Positions 1-10,189 are shown, numbered from the stretch's first letter. The stretch is 36,326 bases of DNA from Gammaproteobacteria bacterium (GCA_023144715.1 JAGLFC010000020.1:1-36326); one strand, 5' to 3'. The notes: generated from the letters alone by a model not told the origin. Numbers and translations: made by a program.

Positions 1-115
1 ACTTACGACTTACAACTTCTTTTTCATGAAGTCAGATAAAATTGATAAATAGTTAACATTTTTGCCGCTAATTTCCTTGTTTTGCTGTTATCTGGGGTTT
101 TTTTAAAAAAGACTA

Positions 116-144
116 TTGACAAAAACAGGGTATATCAGTATATT
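116..144 (+). promoter_or_regulatory. sigma70-type promoter
   Basis: TTGACA (116-121), 17-bp spacer, TATATT (139-144); predicted start near 151. Confidence 0.75.
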
Positions 145-150
145 ATTATT

Positions 151-262
151 CAACTGATTACTGTTCACATGAAGTGACAGCAGTTATTTTATACCTCCAT
201 CCTCCTTTGGTGGTTTTTTAAAACGGCGTAACTCCCCCCCCCCTTGGTTACGCTTTTTTTTT
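151..262 (+). ncRNA. candidate small RNA with three stem-loops and an intrinsic terminator
   Basis: Follows the promoter. Hairpin 152-185, hairpin 193-214 with loop TCCTCCTT, then terminator 226-262. No meaningful ORF. Confidence 0.6.
226..262 (+). terminator. rho-independent terminator
   Basis: GCGTAAC (226-232)/GTTACGC (247-253) stem with C-rich loop, followed by T9. Confidence 0.75.
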
Positions 263-282
263 CTTTAAAATTAAGAAAACAC

Positions 283-318
283 TTTTTAAATGTTAAAAAT
301 TCAGGTATAATCTCGTGC
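283..318 (+). promoter_or_regulatory. probable rplM-rpsI promoter
   Basis: Perfect TATAAT at 306-311 followed by a GC-richer discriminator-like CTCGTGC; -35 is weak. Confidence 0.45.
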
Positions 319-393
319 TCTTTGAATAGCAAGTGGATTTAAGCACTTCTTTTTCAATACACTTATTTTAAACTAAATACAGGCGCTGTAAAA

Positions 394-822
394 ATGAAGA
401 CATATAGTGCGAAACCAGAAACTGTCGAACGTGACTGGTATATCGTTGATGCTGAAAACAAAACCCTGGGTCGTCTGTCAACAGAAATTGCCAGACGTCT
501 TCGTGGTAAACATAAACCAGAATATACCCCTCATGTAGATACAGGTGATTACATTGTTGTCATCAATGCTGAAAAAGTCTATGTCAGTGGTAATAAAAGA
601 ACCGATAAAATGTATCGCCACCATACAGGTTATGTGGGTAATCTAAAAAGTATCAGTTTTGATAAATTGATAGAGAAAGCCCCTGAGCGTGTAATTGAAA
701 CAGCAGTTAAAGGTATGTTGCCCAAAAATTCTTTAGGTCGTACTATGTACAAAAAAATGAAGGTTTATGCGGGTAGTGAACATCCTCATACAGCACAACA
801 ACCTAAGACTTTGGAAATATAA
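394..822 (+). CDS. rplM: 50S ribosomal protein L13
   Basis: [35 protein letters not shown]; 142 aa. Confidence 0.99.
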   Translation: MKTYSAKPETVERDWYIVDAENKTLGRLSTEIARRLRGKHKPEYTPHVDTGDYIVVINAEKVYVSGNKRTDKMYRHHTGYVGNLKSISFDKLIEKAPERVIETAVKGMLPKNSLGRTMYKKMKVYAGSEHPHTAQQPKTLEI

Positions 823-827
823 AAATT

Positions 828-1217
828 ATGACAACTCAATATTATGCAACTGGTCGCCGTAAAAGTTCATCTGCTCGTGTTTATTTACGTCCAGGAAAAG
901 GTGATATAACCATTAATGATCGTTCTATTGACGTATTTTTTGGTCGTGAAACATCCAGAATGGTGGTACGCCAACCTTTAGAGTTAACTGAAATGTCAGA
1001 AAAATTTGATATTTTAGTCAATGTTGATGGTGGTGGTATTACAGGTCAAGCAGGTGCAATTCGTCATGGCATTACTCGCGCACTGATCGAATATGATGAG
1101 ACATTACGCAGTCCATTGCGTAAAGCAGGTTTTGTGACGCGTGATGCTCGCCAAGTCGAACGTAAGAAAATTGGTCTACATAAAGCACGTAAGCGTCCAC
1201 AGTACTCTAAGCGTTAA
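828..1217 (+). CDS. rpsI: 30S ribosomal protein S9
   Basis: [29 protein letters not shown]-terminal RKRPQYSKR; follows rplM. Confidence 0.99.
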   Translation: MTTQYYATGRRKSSSARVYLRPGKGDITINDRSIDVFFGRETSRMVVRQPLELTEMSEKFDILVNVDGGGITGQAGAIRHGITRALIEYDETLRSPLRKAGFVTRDARQVERKKIGLHKARKRPQYSKR

Positions 1218-1257
1218 AAAAATAGACAACATTATTATTTTTTATTGTTGATATTTG

Positions 1258-1293
1258 AAAAAAGCCCTACTGATTATTCAGCAGGGCTTTTTT
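1258..1293. terminator. bidirectional intrinsic terminator
   Basis: A6-GCCCT.CTGA-loop-TCAG.AGGGC-T6 between convergent rpsI and leuA. Confidence 0.85.
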
Positions 1294-1313
1294 ATGTTTT
1301 AATATTAAGTATT

Positions 1314-2981
1314 TTACAAAGAATCAGAAATGGCTTGTAAGATAGCATTTAATGATGCCATGACAATATCCTTATTTTTTGCCACTCCCGAAAAATAATC
1401 AGCCTCAATATTTAAACGAACAAAAGCAATTGCGTATGCAGAATTATTTGCTTCAAGTGTTTGTTCATTATATTCTATAATCTCTATAGTCATATCAAAC
1501 TGTTCTGCTAAAGCAGTGATAAAACAATCCAAAATACCGACCCCCTGAGCATTAAGTATTAATGGCTTATTCATATAAGACATCATAAATTCTGTTATAG
1601 TGGGTTTTTCTGTATGAATTTGAGTCGTATTATACTGGTTAATATGTATTATATTATTAGGCTTTAAATATTGTGCTGTAAATAAATCAATCAGTGTTTC
1701 AGAAGATATTTCAGTACTGTGTTGCTCAGTATATTGTTGCACTATTTGACTGAATTCAACTTGTAACCAACGAGGTATTTGAGTTGCTAATGCTTGTTCA
1801 ATAATATAACTGATGCCTCCTTTACCTGATTGGCTATTAATACGAATGACTTCTTCGTAAGAACGACCTAAATCAGTCGGATCAATGGGTAAATAAGCAA
1901 TATCCCATTGTGTTCCTGCCTGATAGCTTGCCAAACATTTTCGGATAGCATCTTGGTGACTGCCAGAAAAAGCGGTATAAACAAAATGACCAATATAAGG
2001 GTGGCGTGGATGTATGGGTATATCAATCAGTTGACTGACTTTATCACTTAATGATTGAATATTAGATAAATCAAGTTGTGGATCAATACCCTGACTATAA
2101 CAATTCATTGCCATTGTGATAATATCCATATTACCTGTTCGTTCACCATTACCTAATAATGTGCCTTCCACTCGATCAGCCCCTGCTAATAAAGCCATTT
2201 CAGCTGCTGCTATCGCACTGCCACGATCATTGTGGGTATGAACACTGATAATAATATTTTTACGATGCTCAATATGATCAATAAACCATTCAATTTGATC
2301 GGCATAAATATTGGGTGTGGACACTTCTACTGTGGCAGGTAGATTTAATATGACAGGATTTTCTTCTGTAGGTTGCCATACAGTATTGACGGCATTACAA
2401 ATGGTCACCGCATACTCTAATTCAGTGGCGGTAAAACTTTCGGGTGAATATTGAAAATGCCACTGAGTCTCTGATTGTATGTGGGCATATTGTTTGATTA
2501 ATTTGGCAGCATGGACAGCCATTTGAGTAACAGCGGTTTTATCCATATTAAAGACCTTATTTCTCTGTACTTTTGACGTGGAATTATACAGATGAATAAT
2601 GGCTTTTTTAACCCCTTTTAATGCTTCAAAAGAACGTTGAATAAAAGTGTCCCTAGCAGGGGTTAATATTGAAATCGTCACATCGTTAGGAATGTATTGT
2701 CCTTCAATCAACACTCGAACAAAATCAAAATCATCCTGAGAGGCGGATGGAAAGCCCACTTCAATTTCTTTAAAACCAATATCTAATAATATTATAAATA
2801 GGCTTAATTTTTGTTGCACGGATAGGGGATTCACCAGTGCTTGATTACCATCTCTTAAATCAACACTACACCAAGTGGGTGCTTGAATAATTTGTTGATT
2901 CGGCCATTTTCTTTGAGGCAAATGAAGGGTAGGGAAGGCTTGATATTTTTTATGATCATAAGTGTTGCGATAAGAATTCAT
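1314..2981 (-). CDS. leuA: 2-isopropylmalate synthase (WCSVDLRDGNQAL type)
   Basis: DLRDGNQ, YSPESF, HTHNDRG, GNGERTGN, AFSGSHQDAI, RINSQSGKGG; C-terminal regulatory domain; AAGGAG RBS. Confidence 0.96.
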   Translation of the reverse strand: MNSYRNTYDHKKYQAFPTLHLPQRKWPNQQIIQAPTWCSVDLRDGNQALVNPLSVQQKLSLFIILLDIGFKEIEVGFPSASQDDFDFVRVLIEGQYIPNDVTISILTPARDTFIQRSFEALKGVKKAIIHLYNSTSKVQRNKVFNMDKTAVTQMAVHAAKLIKQYAHIQSETQWHFQYSPESFTATELEYAVTICNAVNTVWQPTEENPVILNLPATVEVSTPNIYADQIEWFIDHIEHRKNIIISVHTHNDRGSAIAAAEMALLAGADRVEGTLLGNGERTGNMDIITMAMNCYSQGIDPQLDLSNIQSLSDKVSQLIDIPIHPRHPYIGHFVYTAFSGSHQDAIRKCLASYQAGTQWDIAYLPIDPTDLGRSYEEVIRINSQSGKGGISYIIEQALATQIPRWLQVEFSQIVQQYTEQHSTEISSETLIDLFTAQYLKPNNIIHINQYNTTQIHTEKPTITEFMMSYMNKPLILNAQGVGILDCFITALAEQFDMTIEIIEYNEQTLEANNSAYAIAFVRLNIEADYFSGVAKNKDIVMASLNAILQAISDSL

Positions 2982-3144
2982 TATGTCTTTACTCCTTTAA
3001 TTACGCGACTAATTATCTTGTTAATGTGTTGATTAGTATAACTAAAATTGCTTGATATTAAATTGTTAAAGATAACGAATTATTATCTATTATTAATAAT
3101 ATATGCCAAACTATACAAATATATTGATATATTATGCTAATAAA

Positions 3145-3618
3145 ATGAAATTAAGTAAAATTGATTTGACTATTCTTAATGAAATTCAACAGAATGCTAG
3201 AATCACTAATTTAGAATTATCCGATAAAGTGGGTCTGTCTCCATCACCTTGTTTGAGACGTGTAAGACAATTAGAAACAGCAGGTTTTATTGATGACTAT
3301 GTGACAAGACTTAATCAACAAAAATTAGACCTAAAAATGATGGTACTTATCCAAATCAGTATGGATAAACATACCCCTGAGCGATTTGATCATTTTGAAC
3401 AGCATGTAAAAGAGTATGTGGAGGTATTAGAATGTTATATGATTACAGGGCAAACAGCGGATTATCTATTAAAAGTCATTGTACCTGATATGGAATTTTA
3501 TCAAAAATTTCTCTTAGGGCATTTAACGTGTATTGAAGGCGTGAGCGCAGTACAATCTAGCTTTATTATGCGTAAAGTGGTTGATCGTACTAGCCTGCCT
3601 TTAGGACATTTGAATTAG
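3145..3618 (+). CDS. Lrp/AsnC-family transcriptional regulator
   Basis: HTH NARITNLELSDKVGLSPSPCLRRVRQLE and RAM domain ECYMITGQTADYLLKV; divergent from leuA. ATG 3145 preferred over 3103 on family length. Confidence 0.92.
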   Translation: MKLSKIDLTILNEIQQNARITNLELSDKVGLSPSPCLRRVRQLETAGFIDDYVTRLNQQKLDLKMMVLIQISMDKHTPERFDHFEQHVKEYVEVLECYMITGQTADYLLKVIVPDMEFYQKFLLGHLTCIEGVSAVQSSFIMRKVVDRTSLPLGHLN

Positions 3619-4568
3619 GAATCTAATTGCTGTATGCCATCTAAATACCAAGTCAGCTCAGAACTATTATTGGCACGAACAAAGTGCCATAATTCTCTTA
3701 CTTGAGAGGCTCTGCCTTGTGTATTATTCTCATCTTCATCCAATAGTGCATCAAATAAAACAGAGGCTTCACTGTGACTGTCTTGTTCATTAAAATCAAT
3801 TAATTCGGCATTTAATTGAATAATACGGGTATGACCACCATGAGAAGGATCTTGTGCAAATTGTTGACTAATTTCATTAAACACAGACTCAGTACTCAGC
3901 AGTTTTATTGCCTCTAAATTACCGTTATCCCAAGCTTCTTGCAATACTGTATAAGCAGAACGTGCCCCAGAAAGAAATTCTTCTTGATCAAACCAGTCAG
4001 GTAATATCATTTCATTGTCATGAGTTTGTTCATTATGATCCAATGAATTGGAAGAAGGATTGTTTGAAGCAGAGCCATCATTGCTATAATTCATACCAAA
4101 GTTTTCTGCAAATGTCGCATTTTTTTTCTGATGATCCATTGGTTGTGATGCACTAAAATCATTGGGTGTTGCTGGACTGGTTTGTCTTCGAGGACTGAGA
4201 GCTTTACGCTTCATAAACCAAAATATTGCGAAGGCAATACCACCGATCATAAGAAAATCAAAAAAGTTAATATTCTCAAATGCACCTCCAAAGAATAATG
4301 CACCGAGTAATCCACCTAATGCAAGACCACCTAACATTCCCATCAATCCACCCCGTTTTGAAAGCTGTTGTTGACGTTGTTGATTAGTGGCTGAGGCTTT
4401 TTGTTGTGAAGGTGATTTTTTTTGGGTGCTTTTTTTAAAAGGAGAACTATAAGATTTTTTACTACCAAAAGACGAGCCTCCTCCTAATCGTTTAGCTTCT
4501 GCACTACTGGCGATGATAAAGGTCATTAAAATAAAAGCAATAAAAGTATAAAATAAATGTTTATTCAT
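3615..4568 (-). CDS. Tim44-like domain membrane protein
   Basis: Signal peptide plus AEAKRLGGGSSFG, Gly-rich TM region, C-terminal FDQEEFLSGA...LQEAWD...RELWHF...WYLDGIQQ. Confidence 0.88.
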   Translation of the reverse strand: MNKHLFYTFIAFILMTFIIASSAEAKRLGGGSSFGSKKSYSSPFKKSTQKKSPSQQKASATNQQRQQQLSKRGGLMGMLGGLALGGLLGALFFGGAFENINFFDFLMIGGIAFAIFWFMKRKALSPRRQTSPATPNDFSASQPMDHQKKNATFAENFGMNYSNDGSASNNPSSNSLDHNEQTHDNEMILPDWFDQEEFLSGARSAYTVLQEAWDNGNLEAIKLLSTESVFNEISQQFAQDPSHGGHTRIIQLNAELIDFNEQDSHSEASVLFDALLDEDENNTQGRASQVRELWHFVRANNSSELTWYLDGIQQLDS

Positions 4569-4612
4569 TAATAAAGTCCTAGTTAGAAATATTATTGATT
4601 ATTAGGGAAATA

Positions 4613-5029
4613 TTAGTTTTTCTCTTTAGAAGAAACAATAGGAGGCTGTTCAATACGAGAAAATTGAGCAACTATTTTATCATTGAGTAATAATTGAGCA
4701 TTCTTTTTATCTAAATTCATAAATAGGTAAATGTCTTCTTTACTCACATCATTGGCATTAACACATTGTAAACGCATAGATTTTTCGGTAGCAGCTGACC
4801 AAAAACAGCGATAAATGGCTTCTTTTTTACCTTGAGTATAAAAATCAGCCGTGCCTTCAAAAGTAATATTGATAGAGGAAATATTCAATGAATTACTGCC
4901 CTGAGTCTGCCAATAGCCTGTACCTGAATGCGGTGAACAAGCAGATAGTATCAATAAACTGAGTAAGATAAAGACAATAAATGGGTGGGGTAATTTTTTT
5001 ATCATCAATGACATTAGGTGCTGTATCAT
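4613..5029 (-). CDS. putative lipoprotein
   Basis: Hydrophobic signal ending in lipobox LSAC; two further Cys; start codon uncertain. Confidence 0.65.
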   Translation of the reverse strand: MIQHLMSLMIKKLPHPFIVFILLSLLILSACSPHSGTGYWQTQGSNSLNISSINITFEGTADFYTQGKKEAIYRCFWSAATEKSMRLQCVNANDVSKEDIYLFMNLDKKNAQLLLNDKIVAQFSRIEQPPIVSSKEKN

Positions 5030-5216
5030 ATTTTTAAGATCCTAGTGGCTTCTGGTATGACTCATTATCGGGCTTATTATGGCAAGTATATAAAATGGGT
5101 ACAAGGACTTTTAAGAGTCGTAATGAATTTTTCTTCTGAATATTTAATGACAAAACTTTTGTACGTCAGGTACAATGCACTTTGCTGTATTAAAAAATGA
5201 CATTGGAAGCATCCTT

Positions 5217-6398
5217 ATGAAAAGCCAAGCAACAAACCATTTATTTGAAACACCTTTTGGTGATTTTAATCTAAAACGAATTCCTGATAATGATAAAAAT
5301 TTATTGGCTTGGAATTCAGCGGATCGATATCTACTCAAGCATTTATTTAGCTTGCAAGAAGCGGGTGATATTGACTTACACAAGGCAAAAATACTCATTT
5401 TAAATGATGCCTTTGGTGCTTTGACAGTGCCACTGTCTCAGTTTTCTTGTGACTCTTATGGTGATTCTTTTGTGAGTCAGGAAGCTATTAAAAAAAATAG
5501 TATTTATGGCACTGCCATGTTAGATAATATTAACTTTTTAAAAAGTACAGAAACATTAACAAGCCAGTATGATATTGTCTTATTTAAAGAAGTTAAAAAT
5601 CAAGGATTTTTACAGGATGAAATGCTTAAAATTGCACAAAACATTACTCCTAATGCCTTGGTTATTGGTGCTTTTATGGCAAAAAACCTACAACAAAACA
5701 GTATTAAAATTCTGAATAAAACGATTGGCGATACTCAAGCATCACTTGCTTGGAAAAAAGCACGATTACTGTTTATTAAACCCAAACAACATGATCAGAA
5801 TACTGTAGAAGCTTCTCAAATATCCACTTATACATTAGAGGGCAGTAATGAAACAATTTATAATTTACCTAATGTGTTTTCTAAAAATAAATTAGATATT
5901 GGTACACGTTTATTTTTACAACATTTACCTCAGCCTGAGGAAAATGAAGACAATAATTATAAAAGTATTATTGATTTAGGTTGTGGTAATGGGGTGTTGG
6001 CATTAAAAATGGCACAACGTTTTCCTGAAGCAAAATTAACCTGTGTTGATGAATCTTATATGGCATTGGCATCGGCTAAAATGACACTGGAAGCCAATGT
6101 CAATGTGGAACATAGAGATTTAAACTATATTGAAAGTAATGCTTTATTAGGTTTTTCTGAAAATAGTACCGATTTAATTGTGTGTAATCCACCTTTTCAT
6201 CAGCAATTAGTGGTCAGTGATTCGGTGGCTTGGCAGATGCTTCAACACTCTAAGACGGTATTAAAGAAAGGGGGAGAATTATGGATAGTAGGCAATCGAC
6301 ATCTGGATTACCATGTAAAATTACAAAAAATATTTGGTAATTACAAACTTATTGCCAGCAACAATAAATTTGTAATTTTAACCGCTTTTAAAAATTAA
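5217..6398 (+). CDS. rlmG: 23S rRNA m2G1835 methyltransferase RlmG-like
   Basis: AWNSADRYLL, ILNDAFGAL, VFSKNKLDIGTR, DLGCGNG, CNPPFHQ, VGNRHLDYH. ATG 5217 has GGAAG upstream (track start 5175). Confidence 0.9.
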   Translation: MKSQATNHLFETPFGDFNLKRIPDNDKNLLAWNSADRYLLKHLFSLQEAGDIDLHKAKILILNDAFGALTVPLSQFSCDSYGDSFVSQEAIKKNSIYGTAMLDNINFLKSTETLTSQYDIVLFKEVKNQGFLQDEMLKIAQNITPNALVIGAFMAKNLQQNSIKILNKTIGDTQASLAWKKARLLFIKPKQHDQNTVEASQISTYTLEGSNETIYNLPNVFSKNKLDIGTRLFLQHLPQPEENEDNNYKSIIDLGCGNGVLALKMAQRFPEAKLTCVDESYMALASAKMTLEANVNVEHRDLNYIESNALLGFSENSTDLIVCNPPFHQQLVVSDSVAWQMLQHSKTVLKKGGELWIVGNRHLDYHVKLQKIFGNYKLIASNNKFVILTAFKN

Positions 6399-6430
6399 TA
6401 CATTTTAAGAGTGATGATGGATACTTGTAT

Positions 6431-6634
6431 TTAATCAAAGATATTAAATGTATCAATATGGTTTTCACTCTCATTTAATATTTTAATATTTTCATCTGTG
6501 ACTATTTTTGTTGCTGAAGTAAAAAATTCAGTACTTTCGGCAACATCAGAAAAAAATTTTTGTTTGGCAACAACAATATTATCAGCCTCTATTTCATGAT
6601 CAATAATAGCGGTGTGTCTAAAAATGTACTTCAT
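6431..6634 (-). CDS. small hypothetical protein (67 aa)
   Basis: ATG at 6634 with AGGA RBS; MKYIFRHTAIIDHEIEAD...; no recognised family. Confidence 0.5.
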   Translation of the reverse strand: MKYIFRHTAIIDHEIEADNIVVAKQKFFSDVAESTEFFTSATKIVTDENIKILNESENHIDTFNIFD

Positions 6635-6823
6635 TATATTTATATATCCTAATTTTACGATCTTATGAAAAGTAATTATAATGTAACTGTGAATGCTTTT
6701 ATATAAGTAATTACCCATATTCAACAAAACTTATATCATTAAGTGAATTATCTTACTGTAGAATTATTGATCACGTAAATAATTTTACAATTTATCTAAT
6801 TATTATTAATATTGGTCATTAAA

Positions 6824-7447
6824 ATGATAAAATTATTATGTGCGTTTCTTTTGTTATGCTTCCTTACCCCTGTATCTGCAAATAAAATATTGGATCAGTT
6901 TTTTCAAAGTACACAAAATTTTCAAGCAAATTTTACTCAAAAAGTAATGAATAATTCAGGTCGTGTAATAGAAGAGTCAAAAGGACTATTAATTATTAGC
7001 CGACCTGATAAATTTGTACTTGATTACCATTCACCTGCTGAACAAAAATATATTTCCAATGGTCAAACTATCTGGATTTATGATGTTGAACTAGAGCAAG
7101 TGAGTATTAAAGAATTGGATGAAGCAATAGGTGATTCTCCTGCATTATTACTGAGTAGCAATTCTAATGTATATAAACATTACACTGTCAGTGAACAAGA
7201 AAATAATAGTACTGATAAAATTTCTAAGATCATATTACATGCTAAACAAGAAGAAATGACTTTTGAGAAAGTCTTATTAGCTTTTTCTAATGGTCTTTTG
7301 ATACGAATGGTGATGTATGATAGTTTTGGACAAATTACCCAATTGGACTTTTCAGATATTGAAGTCAACAAACCATTTGCACTCTCAACCTTTACTTTTG
7401 TACCGCCAGAAGGTGTGGATGTGATAGGCAATACGAGTGCCAAATAA
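6824..7447 (+). CDS. lolA: outer-membrane lipoprotein chaperone LolA
   Basis: Signal peptide, FQANFTQKV, RPDKF, SNGQTIWIYDVELEQV, FTFVPPEGVDVI; upstream of rarA. Confidence 0.93.
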   Translation: MIKLLCAFLLLCFLTPVSANKILDQFFQSTQNFQANFTQKVMNNSGRVIEESKGLLIISRPDKFVLDYHSPAEQKYISNGQTIWIYDVELEQVSIKELDEAIGDSPALLLSSNSNVYKHYTVSEQENNSTDKISKIILHAKQEEMTFEKVLLAFSNGLLIRMVMYDSFGQITQLDFSDIEVNKPFALSTFTFVPPEGVDVIGNTSAK

Positions 7448-8804
7448 ACAGACAGACTTATTAGATGAATATCATGATCATAGGGATAAAAATAATCCTA
7501 TCGCACCACTGGCCGATAGAATGCGTCCCGATTCTCTGGAATCTTTTATAGGTCAGTCTCATTTAATAGGGAAAGATAAGCCATTACAACGAGCCTTATA
7601 TAGTGGTCAGCCACATTCCATGATCCTTTGGGGACCACCTGGTGTGGGTAAAACAACCTTAGCTCGTTTAATTGCACATTATTCTCAGGCTCAGTTTTTA
7701 TCCATTTCAGCAGTCCTTGCGGGTGTTAAAGAAATTCGTCAGGCGATTGAACACGCTAAACAGCATTATCAAACGTATCAACACAGTACCATTTTGTTTG
7801 TGGATGAAGTCCATCGTTTTAATAAATCGCAACAAGATGCGTTTTTGCCCTATATTGAAAATGGTACTTTTATTTTTATTGGAGCAACTACAGAAAATCC
7901 TTCCTTTGAACTCAATAATGCACTTTTATCACGTGTGCGAGTGTATTTATTACACTCATTATCTCAAGATGAATTACTGAGCTTATTAGAATCAGCACTA
8001 TTGAATCATAAAAAAGGTTTGGGTGATGATGCGATTGAAATAATGGATGAGGATAAGCTGCACTTAGTAAGAGCAGCCGATGGCGATGCACGACAATTAT
8101 TCAATCTATTAGATGTTGCCACTGATTTAATGGTACTGGAAGGCACTAAAAATTATATTAATAGCGATATGATTAAACAGACAATATTGGGTTCACAACG
8201 ACGTTTTGATAAAAGGGGCGATTTATTTTATGAGCAAATATCTGCTTTTCATAAAGCAGTAAGGGGTTCAAGTAGTGATGGTGCATTATATTGGATGTCA
8301 CGTATGATTGAGGCAGGCTGTGATCCCTTATATATTGCACGACGCTTATTGGTGATTGCCTCAGAAGATATTGGTAATGCTGATCCTAGAGCCATGCAAG
8401 TGGCTCTGAATGCTTGGGATGCTTTTGAACGTTTAGGAGCAAAAGAAGGCAATCGAGCCATTGCTCAAGCAGCTATTTATTGTGCCTTAGCACCCAAAAG
8501 TAATGCCGTTTATAAGGCATTTAATGCTTCTATGAAATGTGCAAAGGAATCAGGATCACTTGATGTACCCACACATTTAAGAAATGCACCCACACAATTA
8601 ATGGAGGCTATGGGATATGGTCAATATTATCGTTATTCTCATGATGAGCCAGAAGGCTTTTCAGCAGGACAAACCTACTTACCCCCCGAGCTAGAAGACA
8701 TACAATTTTATCAGCCACAAGAACGTGGTTTGGAAATCAAATTTAAAGAAAAATTAACGTATTTACAACACTTAAATCAATGTGCTTCTGAACAAAAATC
8801 ATAG
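7437..8804 (+). CDS. rarA: replication-associated recombination protein A (MgsA/RarA AAA+ ATPase)
   Basis: PLADRMRP, WGPPGVGKTT, FVDEVHRFNKSQQD, GATTENPSFELN, ASEDIGNADP, VPTHLRNAPT. Confidence 0.97.
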   Translation: MPNKQTDLLDEYHDHRDKNNPIAPLADRMRPDSLESFIGQSHLIGKDKPLQRALYSGQPHSMILWGPPGVGKTTLARLIAHYSQAQFLSISAVLAGVKEIRQAIEHAKQHYQTYQHSTILFVDEVHRFNKSQQDAFLPYIENGTFIFIGATTENPSFELNNALLSRVRVYLLHSLSQDELLSLLESALLNHKKGLGDDAIEIMDEDKLHLVRAADGDARQLFNLLDVATDLMVLEGTKNYINSDMIKQTILGSQRRFDKRGDLFYEQISAFHKAVRGSSSDGALYWMSRMIEAGCDPLYIARRLLVIASEDIGNADPRAMQVALNAWDAFERLGAKEGNRAIAQAAIYCALAPKSNAVYKAFNASMKCAKESGSLDVPTHLRNAPTQLMEAMGYGQYYRYSHDEPEGFSAGQTYLPPELEDIQFYQPQERGLEIKFKEKLTYLQHLNQCASEQKS

Positions 8805-8815
8805 CCTGTTGCTTA

Positions 8816-10075
8816 TTATTTTGATTTGTTTTGAATGTCACTGAGATTAAATTTATTGGCCTGATTCTGTTTTTGTTTATTGAGTGTATGTAGATAGATC
8901 ATAGTAGTACCGACATCAGCATGTCCAAGACGTTCTTGCGTGGCTTTTAAGTCATCAGTGACTTTAAGAAAATAAGTCGCATGAGAGTGTCTGAGCCAAT
9001 GACAAGTGGCACTTTGATAAATACTGATTTCTCGTTTTAATTGTGGATATTCATTAGAATGCGGATCAAATTCTTCAGCAATTCGCTGTTGTTGGCTGGC
9101 AGCCAAGTCAAATAACCAACGAAAAATATTACTGATTTGACGTTCACTAATATGTTGATGTAAATTTTCTTGGGGTATTAAGGGTGTTTTTTCTTCAAAT
9201 AAAGGTAAGGCTGTTAAGCCAACCGATAGACGAAAATTCATTAAAGCTTCCATAAGTTCAGTACCCAATTGAATATCTCGTCCTTCATCTTCTTCATCGC
9301 CCTTACCTTGAACAAAAATTTTCCATTCACCATTATGATTTTCTAAATGCCCCATGGTATAAGTGGCAGGTTCAGAAATACGCATACCCGTATGTAAATA
9401 GAGTAGAAAGATATATCGAGCACGATGAATCATAAAAATAGCACGTTTATTATCTTCCTCTAAGTTTTCTTCATAAGTATTGAGTGTTTCTAAAATAAAA
9501 AAAATTTGGTTCAATTCAAGGAAACGTTCTACAGAATTTTTTGTTTTCTTTTTTCGTTGTCCTTTGGTGCGTTTGGCGGTGAGAGGATTGCCATATAAAT
9601 AGTTATTATCAACCAGATATTTAAAGTAGGAATCTAGTATTTTACGTGAACGTCGAGTGGTGGCATCAGACAAACCACACATATTTTCTTTGGAAAAAGA
9701 GAAGGGCATCCAAGCTTTATTAATCGTACCATCTTTTTTAAATTTATTGGCACGATGACCACACCATAGGAGCGGATCAGGTTTTTTTAAAAATTCCATA
9801 TATTCAGCAGCATGACTTCTTTTTAAAGCAGAAATGGGTAATAATTTTTCATAACATAACCAAGAAATAAAACGTTCCATTTCGCTGGTATAAGAACGGA
9901 GTGTTTTGGGACTGCCTTTATATTCATTTAAAAATTCTATAATACTATCCCAATCATTATCAGCCTCTAAAGTACAAGCTTCATCCGAACGATTATAGCC
10001 AGATTCCATCTTTTTTGGGGGCGTGATAAATACTGCCCGACCTGTTCTAATATCAATAAAGGGAATTATAGTCAT
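8816..10075 (-). CDS. tyrosine-type site-specific recombinase/integrase
   Basis: Catalytic set intact: R (TGMRISE), K (QGKG), HxxR (HWLRHS), H (LGHAD), Y (TTMIY); N-terminal core-binding region SPKTLRSYTSEMERF. Confidence 0.93.
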   Translation of the reverse strand: MTIIPFIDIRTGRAVFITPPKKMESGYNRSDEACTLEADNDWDSIIEFLNEYKGSPKTLRSYTSEMERFISWLCYEKLLPISALKRSHAAEYMEFLKKPDPLLWCGHRANKFKKDGTINKAWMPFSFSKENMCGLSDATTRRSRKILDSYFKYLVDNNYLYGNPLTAKRTKGQRKKKTKNSVERFLELNQIFFILETLNTYEENLEEDNKRAIFMIHRARYIFLLYLHTGMRISEPATYTMGHLENHNGEWKIFVQGKGDEEDEGRDIQLGTELMEALMNFRLSVGLTALPLFEEKTPLIPQENLHQHISERQISNIFRWLFDLAASQQQRIAEEFDPHSNEYPQLKREISIYQSATCHWLRHSHATYFLKVTDDLKATQERLGHADVGTTMIYLHTLNKQKQNQANKFNLSDIQNKSK

Positions 10076-10189
10076 GCCTTTGCCTTGATGATAAATGATG
10101 ATAGGAAATAAATAAGAATGTATGTATTTTGCAATATTTTATGTTAAATTCACAGTGCTTATCAATAAAAAAATATAAAGAGAAAAATT

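Noticed and set aside
151-393. Structured region as an L13 autoregulatory leader or riboswitch
   Set aside because: It ends in its own terminator ~130 nt before rplM and a separate -10 lies downstream; no antiterminator or known aptamer recognised. Not formally excluded.
2982-3144. Leucine attenuator upstream of leuA
   Set aside because: No Leu-rich leader peptide or terminator hairpin seen; the divergent Lrp-family gene is a sufficient explanation.
3908-5398. Short ORFs 3908-4156, 4162-4374, 5018-5200, 5144-5398
   Set aside because: Antisense or overlapping shadows of well-supported genes, with no motifs.
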